A stretch of DNA of 22,161 nucleotides, from contig JBIKWF010000069.1 in the NCBI GenBank assembly GCA_044356455.1, positions 1 through 22,161 on the forward strand. Direction: 5' to 3'. The notes beneath the pieces were generated by a model. That model did not search any database. It had not been told where the DNA came from and worked only from the letters and a program-made list of their open reading frames with translations. Made by a program: the position numbers and the translations under genes. This DNA is from Bdellovibrionota bacterium. Lineage in GTDB: Bacteria > Bdellovibrionota_C > UBA2361 > JBGSMV01. Positions 16,308-22,161 of the stretch are shown here, piece by piece (position 1 is the first letter of the stretch; each line of letters begins with the position of its first letter).

Positions 16308-16739
16308 TCAAGAATGTAACCGGCGCTTGATGGCCCGAATCGCGCTCCCAAGAAGGGGAATGTGCTCATAGATAAAGGCGCCCATATCAAAATAGTCGCG
16401 GTGGTAGTCGACAAGCAAAGACCCTGGAGCAAAAATGATGTGCGAAACTCCGGGAAGCGCAATTTCATTGCCGCCGTTGAGCCTTCTCGCTTTAAGGCTC
16501 ATGGTCCATACGGCGGTGCAGGTCTCGCCTTCCTCTACGAGGGATGGAAAATCAAATCGAATTGACTCGACATTCTGATAGAGCCCTCGATAATATTCCG
16601 CAATCTTTGCGCGTCCTTTGATGTGTACGATAGGGTCATTAAATTCGGCTTCTGAAGCATAGAACTCGTTTACGAGTGCTAGGTTTGAGACGCTGAGCGA
16701 GTTGAAGAATTTTTTTATATGGTCTTTTCTTGCACTCAT
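16308..16739 (-). CDS. NTF2-like/SnoaL-like protein
   Basis: FYASEAEFNDPIVHIKGR, WTM, GVSHI and HRDYFDMG motifs. AAGGAG SD before ATG 16739. Confidence 0.88.
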   Translation of the reverse strand: MSARKDHIKKFFNSLSVSNLALVNEFYASEAEFNDPIVHIKGRAKIAEYYRGLYQNVESIRFDFPSLVEEGETCTAVWTMSLKARRLNGGNEIALPGVSHIIFAPGSLLVDYHRDYFDMGAFIYEHIPLLGSAIRAIKRRLHS

Positions 16740-16769
16740 GGGGCGATTTCTCCTTAGGAGATTAGTAGT

Positions 16770-17102
16770 ATGACTTCGCAATCGGTCCGTCAGATTTCAC
16801 CTAAAGAGCTTAAGAAGAAACTCGACAATGGGGAACAGCTCACGCTTATCGACGTGCGAGAGCCACACGAGCGAGAGATCGCTTCCTTGGGGGGCGATTT
16901 AATCCCCATGAGCGCAGTCCTTGATGCTCTTGCGAGAATTCCACGTGAGGGGACGGTGGTGGTTTACTGCCGAAGCGGCGGCCGGAGTGGGAAAGTTGTT
17001 GAGGCTCTTCAAGCGCAGTGTGGGTATACGAATCTTTGGAATCTTGAGGGGGGGACTCTGCGCTGGAGTGATGAGGTAGATAGTTCGGTGCAGAAATACT
17101 AG
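16770..17102 (+). CDS. Single-domain rhodanese-like sulfurtransferase
   Basis: LIDVREPHE, active loop YCRSGGRS and NLEGG; similar to the MoeB/MoeZ C-terminal rhodanese domain. Confidence 0.9.
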   Translation: MTSQSVRQISPKELKKKLDNGEQLTLIDVREPHEREIASLGGDLIPMSAVLDALARIPREGTVVVYCRSGGRSGKVVEALQAQCGYTNLWNLEGGTLRWSDEVDSSVQKY

Positions 17103-17230
17103 GGCGCATCTGAAAAAGTCTGCTCTGTGAACTCTGTGCCCTCTGTGGTTGGTTTAAATTGTTGAAAAACCACAGAGGACACAGAGCTCACGGAGAAAAA
17201 AATAAAATATCGAGGTTTTTCAGAGGTTCC
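17103..17230. mobile_element. MITE-like element (copy E) flanked by CTAG on both sides
   Basis: CTAG|GGCGCATCTGAAAAA ... TTTTTCAGAGGTTCC|CTAG, with inner IR 17123-17150 / 17168-17195. Confidence 0.75.
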
Positions 17231-18631
17231 CTAGGGGACAGACTTCTCACGCCTTTTTCTGGCGTGACTAAACGCGCTGCGCAGCTTTGATCGGAGCGCT
17301 TTTTCAATGCGCGGCTCTTTTTGACCCTTGGCGAGGTTCTTCATTTGGTAAGGATCTGCTGCGAGGTCGTACAGCTCAGGCTCTCCGCCTTTGCTTTCTA
17401 CGTAAACGTGTGTGCCCGTATGAATTGCGCGGAAAGGGCGCCTATTGGCGTCATTGCGCCAACCTTCGATGATAATCGATTCGCGCCAGGCGGTTGCCGT
17501 TTGATTGAGGAGAGGTACGAGCGAAGTTCCGTCCATCTCTGCGGGAACAGGCAGGTTCGCGAGATTCAGTAAGGTAGGTGCGATGTCAATGTTCGCAACC
17601 TGGCGACTTTCAATTCGGCCTGAGGGAATAAGTGGTGGATATCTTATCGCGAAGGGGACGCGAATCGCCGGCTCGTAAACACAGTCTTTGCTTGTAAGGC
17701 CATGTTCTCCCCAAAGCACGCCATTATCAGAGATGAAAAGAACCACGGTGTTATCAAGTACGTTTAGTTCACGCATGCGCGCAAGGATAGCGCCAACGGC
17801 TCTATCAACTGCGAGATTGGTTCGAAGTTGATTCTTTCGAAAGATATCGATGCGAGCGAGACGTGTTTTAGAGAGCTGCTCTCGCTCTCGAATCCAGCGC
17901 GGTTTGCTGGAGAGGTCTTTGGTGCCGTAATTCGGGGGGCGAAAGGGAGGCAGGTCCTCAAATTTCGCGGCATCCTCAGGCAGTGGTTCCGAAGGTGCAT
18001 GGGGCGAGAAGGGCGTGAAGAGAAACATAAAGGGACGTGGCTGCGCTGCCGCCTCCGTCAGAAAATCAAGGGCATCGTCTTTGAGAAGGTCGGTAAGGTA
18101 TCCCTCGCGAGGCGCTCTAATTCCATTGCGATTGAGGATTGGATTGAAGTAAGCAGAATCCCCAAAACGGAAGACAGACCAGAAGTTAAACTCAGGCCGC
18201 GGTATGCCAGGCCAGGAATTTAGATACTTTCCCGCAATGCCCGTGAAATAGCCCGCTTGAGAAAGCATTTGCATGAAGGTGGTTTTGGTGAGCTTTAGCT
18301 CATTGAGGCGCACCCCGTGATTATGCGCATACATGCCGGTAAAGATACTGGAGCGACTGGGGCAGCAGGCGGGCGTGGTGACGTACGCTTTTTCAAACGC
18401 GACTCCCTGGTCGAATACTTCAGCTTGAGTGATGGGCATAAAAGGGCCCATGGTGTCGTAGCGCTGATCGTCGGTGATAATGATGAAAAAATTGGGCGGC
18501 GTATTCTCTGCGAGGGCAGAATCAACAAAGACAGAGCGAGACGCGGCGGGCAAGAGGGCTGCGCATAGGGCGAGGGCAAAACTAGCGCGTCTAAGGGCTA
18601 CAGAAAATGAGTCGCGAAAGATTCGAGGCAC
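17231..18631 (-). CDS. Secreted formylglycine-dependent (S1) sulfatase, N-acetylglucosamine-6-sulfatase-like
   Basis: Signal peptide, then NFFIIITDDQ, CCPSRSSIFTG (CxPxR), GKYLN, FISDNG, NIDIAPT and ELYDL..DPYQM. Confidence 0.9.
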   Translation of the reverse strand: MPRIFRDSFSVALRRASFALALCAALLPAASRSVFVDSALAENTPPNFFIIITDDQRYDTMGPFMPITQAEVFDQGVAFEKAYVTTPACCPSRSSIFTGMYAHNHGVRLNELKLTKTTFMQMLSQAGYFTGIAGKYLNSWPGIPRPEFNFWSVFRFGDSAYFNPILNRNGIRAPREGYLTDLLKDDALDFLTEAAAQPRPFMFLFTPFSPHAPSEPLPEDAAKFEDLPPFRPPNYGTKDLSSKPRWIREREQLSKTRLARIDIFRKNQLRTNLAVDRAVGAILARMRELNVLDNTVVLFISDNGVLWGEHGLTSKDCVYEPAIRVPFAIRYPPLIPSGRIESRQVANIDIAPTLLNLANLPVPAEMDGTSLVPLLNQTATAWRESIIIEGWRNDANRRPFRAIHTGTHVYVESKGGEPELYDLAADPYQMKNLAKGQKEPRIEKALRSKLRSAFSHARKRREKSVP

Positions 18632-18706
18632 GAGAGGTGACCTTTAACAAGGAAGTGGTCCCTGACTCTTTCCGGTAATCAGTCTTCTGTCAATTCTCTA
18701 ACCCGT

Positions 18707-18746
18707 CCAGGATGCCCCATCCAGAATGCCCCATCCAGAATGCCAT
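18707..18746. repeat. 14-bp tandem repeat, ~3 copies
   Basis: CCAGGATGCCCCAT CCAGAATGCCCCAT CCAGAATGCCAT. Confidence 0.8.
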
Positions 18747-18757
18747 GGAGTATTTGA

Positions 18758-18834
18758 TTCGGCACCGCGGGGACGCGGAGCCCTACCTGGTGGTGCAGCG
18801 TTTTGGTAGGGCGCCGCGTCCTCGCGGTGCCGAA
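18758..18834. repeat. Inverted REP pair (GTAG ends inward, 17-bp linker)
   Basis: TTCGGCACCGCGGGGACGCGGAGCCCTACC ... GGTAGGGCGCCGCGTCCTCGCGGTGCCGAA, downstream of the feo operon. Confidence 0.9.
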
Positions 18835-18864
18835 TGACCTTTCGCGCCAGCACGTGGTAGGTAA

Positions 18865-19050
18865 TCATCCCGCTCGTCGATTGCGCAACTCCTCAGCAGC
18901 ATCAGAGGTTCCTTTGCACCCACAATTGCCGCATCCCGCTGCCCCACCTCGCCGGCGCGCGTAAAAAGCCCGGTAGAAGCGCGACCCAAGAAAGAGCGCA
19001 GCGAGAAAAACTAAACCGTAAGTGATAAGGCCTTCGGTGGAGAACGTCAT
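18865..19050 (-). CDS. FeoB-associated Cys-rich membrane protein
   Basis: 61 aa, MTFSTEGLITYGLVFLAALFLG...GCGNCGC: a TM helix plus CxxCxC. It starts 11 nt after the feoB stop and has a GGAGAGG SD. Confidence 0.8.
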   Translation of the reverse strand: MTFSTEGLITYGLVFLAALFLGSRFYRAFYARRRGGAAGCGNCGCKGTSDAAEELRNRRAG

Positions 19051-19061
19051 AGAAGCCTCTC

Positions 19062-21173
19062 CTACGCGCCAAGCATGAGAGCAATTCGGTACGTGACCCA
19101 GGCTGCGCCGTACCCAAGAGTGGTCATGTAGGTGAACATAAAGGCAGTCCAGCGCCATGAGCCAGTTTCTCGGTAACATACTGCAAGAGTTGACATGCAC
19201 ATGCATGCAAAAACATAAAAAACGAGAAGAGCCAAAGCGGAGGGGAGAGAGAAGAGGCCCTGCTCGTGTTGTGCGCGAAGCACATTAAGCAAGCTTGTAG
19301 GTTCTGACCCTTCGTTGCTTAAGTTGTAAACAGTGGCAAGGGCGCTCACAAAGACCTCGCGGGCTGCAAAGGACGCCACAATTCCTACTCCCACCTCCCA
19401 GCTCAGCCCAAGTGGCTCAAGTACCGGCTCGAGAACGTGTCCAATTTGTCCTGCGTAGCTCTCACGTGGTGGTGCGTCCAGGGGATGGCTCGCGAGAAAC
19501 CACAGCACTACCGAACACGCGAGGATAATTGTTCCCGCGCTTTTCACAAAAAGGAGCACACGGTCGAGGACGTTGCGCAGTACCGCAATAAGGGAGGGCC
19601 TCCGAAACTGAGGCATTTCCATAATAAAAGGAGCCGGCTCCCCTTTGAGAAGGGTGTGCTTGAGAATGAGGGCTACTGTCATAGCCCCTATTATCCCAAG
19701 ACTATACATGCCCAGCATCACAAGTCCTTGCAGTGAGAAAATTCCCGCAACGGTGATGGATGGAATAAAAGCGGCAATGAGGAGCGAGTAAACTGGCAAG
19801 CGCGCACTGCAGCTCATCAGAGGTGCAACGAGAATCGTCGTCAGTCTATCTGCAAAGGTTGGGATCGTGCGTGTCGACATGATGCCGGGAATCGCGCAGG
19901 CGAAAGAACTGAGCAGCGGAACAAAGGAGCGACCTTGAAGCCCCACTTTGCGCATAATTCTGTCGGTGACATATGCAGCTCGGGCGAGATAGCCACTGTC
20001 TTCAAGGATTCCAATGAAGAAGAACAAGATTGCAATTTGAGGAATGAACACGAGGACGCTACCGACGCCCCCGATAATGCCGTCCACGACTAAACTCTTA
20101 AGTTCTCCTTCTCCGAGATGGTGGGAGAAAAAGCTGCCTAAGGCGCTCACCGAGGCGTCAATCAAATCCATGGGCCAAGCGGCTCCTATGAATATGGATT
20201 GAAAAATGGCGGCCATGATCAGGCCAAAAATAACGAGTCCCATCACGCGATGTGTGAGAAAGGCATCAATTCGATCGTTGCGTAGGCGGTGTGTGTCGTT
20301 CTTGAACACCGTGGATTGTTTTACGAGCGTGCGAATCCAGTCGTAACGCCTGGCTGCTTCCGCGCTTGATGGGTCTACCCCGACAGCCCGAAGGCGCGTG
20401 TGCGCGAGTTCAATTACCTCTCGGATGTGGGGGGCGCTGGAGCTACGAGCACCGCTGAGGAGGGCGAGTGCCCTCAATTTTGGCGATCGGGCGCTCGGTA
20501 GAAACTTCTCAACAGCCTCGCTTACCGTCGCAAATTCTGCTCGAAGCGGGTCCTCCTTCGATAGCCACTTAAAGGGGGTGGGAGCCTGACCCTTGGCAAG
20601 TGCCGACACAAGTTCTGCTTTGAGGGACTCGAGTCCTGATTTTGCTTTAGCGCAGACGGGGATGACTGGAACGCCGAGAGCGCGGGAGAGGAGTTCCGAT
20701 CGAATCTCAATTCCTTGACTTTCAGCGAGGTCGCTCATGCTCAGCGCTACTATGACGGGCACACCAATATCTATGAGCTGAGTACAGAAGAATAAGTTAC
20801 GTTCGAGGTTTGTGCTGTCGACTACTGCAAGTACGAGGTCAGGCGGCTTCGCCGAGGCGGGGTCAGAACTGAACTCCCCAAGCAAAGCTCTGGTTGCAAT
20901 TTGTTCATCCACGGCGTGGCTATCGAGGCTGTAAGCGCCGGGTAAGTCGACGAGCGAGGCAATGCTGCCGTCGGGCAATGCTAAGGCACCCTCTTTTTTC
21001 TCGACGGTGACGCCTGGGTAGTTTGCGACCTTGTAGCGTAGGCCCGTGAGGGCGTTAAAGAGGGAGGTCTTTCCGCTATTCGGATTTCCGGCAAGTGCAA
21101 TTAACTTTGATCGGGCAGTCGAAGGCTGGAGAGGTATTCCGTGCTGAGCCGATTCCCCATTCGCTACTGCCAT
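19062..21173 (-). CDS. feoB: Ferrous iron transporter FeoB
   Basis: GNPNSGKT, NYPGVTVE and DLPG G-motifs; LEDSGYLARAA, FACAIPG, MSCSARLPVY, FIMEMP and FAAREVFV. Confidence 0.97.
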   Translation of the reverse strand: MAVANGESAQHGIPLQPSTARSKLIALAGNPNSGKTSLFNALTGLRYKVANYPGVTVEKKEGALALPDGSIASLVDLPGAYSLDSHAVDEQIATRALLGEFSSDPASAKPPDLVLAVVDSTNLERNLFFCTQLIDIGVPVIVALSMSDLAESQGIEIRSELLSRALGVPVIPVCAKAKSGLESLKAELVSALAKGQAPTPFKWLSKEDPLRAEFATVSEAVEKFLPSARSPKLRALALLSGARSSSAPHIREVIELAHTRLRAVGVDPSSAEAARRYDWIRTLVKQSTVFKNDTHRLRNDRIDAFLTHRVMGLVIFGLIMAAIFQSIFIGAAWPMDLIDASVSALGSFFSHHLGEGELKSLVVDGIIGGVGSVLVFIPQIAILFFFIGILEDSGYLARAAYVTDRIMRKVGLQGRSFVPLLSSFACAIPGIMSTRTIPTFADRLTTILVAPLMSCSARLPVYSLLIAAFIPSITVAGIFSLQGLVMLGMYSLGIIGAMTVALILKHTLLKGEPAPFIMEMPQFRRPSLIAVLRNVLDRVLLFVKSAGTIILACSVVLWFLASHPLDAPPRESYAGQIGHVLEPVLEPLGLSWEVGVGIVASFAAREVFVSALATVYNLSNEGSEPTSLLNVLRAQHEQGLFSLPSALALLVFYVFACMCMSTLAVCYRETGSWRWTAFMFTYMTTLGYGAAWVTYRIALMLGA

Positions 21174-21233
21174 ATTGCCTTCGAGATCAGCATAGAAATG
21201 AGCTGAGAGGTCTAGTGCCTCACGTACTGAGAG

Positions 21234-21662
21234 CTAGTTAGTATATGAAGCGAGCGGAACCACTTTGACGTGGGCTGCTTCACATTTTCTCAGAGAAAGT
21301 TTGTATCCGAGAGCCTCAATTTGAATAGGATCGCCTAACGGGGCGATGCCCTTTAAGGTAACAATTTGCCCCTCGACAATTCCCATGGAGAGTAGCTTGT
21401 GACAGATGGGGTGGTTGCAAGAGGAGACGCTGGTAATTCTCGCCCGAGCGCCTACGGCGAGCTGGTGCAGACCAATTTCCAAGAAGGAGGCACAGTCTTC
21501 AGAAGAGAGGCCCTTAGAGACAGGATTGCCAGCAACTGTGGGAGAAGAAGGTAGAACCGCAGAGATGGGTGTATTAGTTCCTGCCAAGAGTGAAGGATCG
21601 AGGGCAGTTACGGAAGGAGTGCTATCGGTAGGCTCAGCGTATTCCATTTGTTTCAGTGCCAT
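21234..21662 (-). CDS. feoA: FeoA family protein with N-terminal low-complexity extension
   Basis: LHQLAVGARARI...KLLSMGIVEG...APLGDPIQI...LSLRKCEA, upstream of feoB. Confidence 0.9.
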   Translation of the reverse strand: MALKQMEYAEPTDSTPSVTALDPSLLAGTNTPISAVLPSSPTVAGNPVSKGLSSEDCASFLEIGLHQLAVGARARITSVSSCNHPICHKLLSMGIVEGQIVTLKGIAPLGDPIQIEALGYKLSLRKCEAAHVKVVPLASYTN

Positions 21663-21719
21663 ATATGGCTATCGCCAAGGGCGCGCCGGACATTGAGTAG
21701 GGGCTTATAACTAAGCGTT

Positions 21720-21748
21720 AGGTTATGGTTCTTGCGGTAGTGTGTCAA
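21720..21748 (-). promoter_or_regulatory. Candidate sigma-70 promoter of feoAB
   Basis: Minus strand TTGACA (21748-21743), 17-nt spacer, TAACCT (21725-21720), ~60 nt upstream of feoA. Confidence 0.55.
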
Positions 21749-22161
21749 GTTGTCTGTATCTCAAATATGAATTGTTTAGTCAGATTACTTGCTTGGCATG
21801 CCGAGCAGGTGCATGCGTAGTTGAGATTAAGAGACTTAATGCCACTGTAGGTCGTATCACTGTTCGACGATTGTAGTGCCTTCCGGGTGTATAAGAAGGC
21901 GATATCTTCAAACTTGAAAGACATTGGAATTCTATAAGTCCAGCTCAAAGGGAGACTGTCGAGCATGGCCTTTGCCATATCTAAAGTTCCTCTGCTTGCC
22001 ACCAAGCTGTTGCATACTCACAGCACTTTACTAGCCGTCATATCTCAGTGCGCCGTAACCGGCGCACTCGTCTAGCGGATGCAAGTTCCGCGGTGGGAGT
22101 TGGTTTTTCGCCCACGTAACTATCTACAACGTATAACGGAGGACCGGAATATGTGAGCTGT

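Noticed and set aside
21745..22161. 86-aa ORF 21745-22005 and hairpin AGTGCGCCG/CGGCGCACT (22047-22068)
   Set aside because: No recognisable motif or SD, and the ORF ends in the feoA promoter. A single hairpin at the window edge does not support a riboswitch or ncRNA call.

Overview
Bacterial window; the gene set suggests a deltaproteobacteria/Bdellovibrionota-like host (inference only). Housekeeping genes: a type-1 periplasmic binding protein, ppiD-like foldase, a DUF4911-like gene, gatCAB, sthA followed by a degenerate His-kinase-like gene and a sigma-54 NtrC-type regulator, an N-terminally shortened flagellin, SnoaL/NTF2 and rhodanese genes, a sulfatase, and feoA-feoB with a Cys-rich small gene. 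Two intergenic repeat families occur: GTAG-type REPs (including an 8-copy array) and a 9-mer-based palindrome, partly inside a MITE-like element that abuts stop codons. The most unusual region is 13277-15571. It holds two tandem ~1.1-kb cassettes, each with one ~195-200 aa basic ORFan that I cannot assign to a family; the two look like remote paralogs sharing [LI]KD[AG]GxxxP. Each cassette lies between its own terminal inverted repeats, which share a GAGAGGCA/TGCCTCTC core with a bulge at the same position. Each end also has a conserved alternative local hairpin, and self-complementarity runs through the ORF. This may be an undescribed structured RNA/ssDNA element family with Obelisk/viroid-like dimensions. 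All folding was done by eye and needs computational confirmation.
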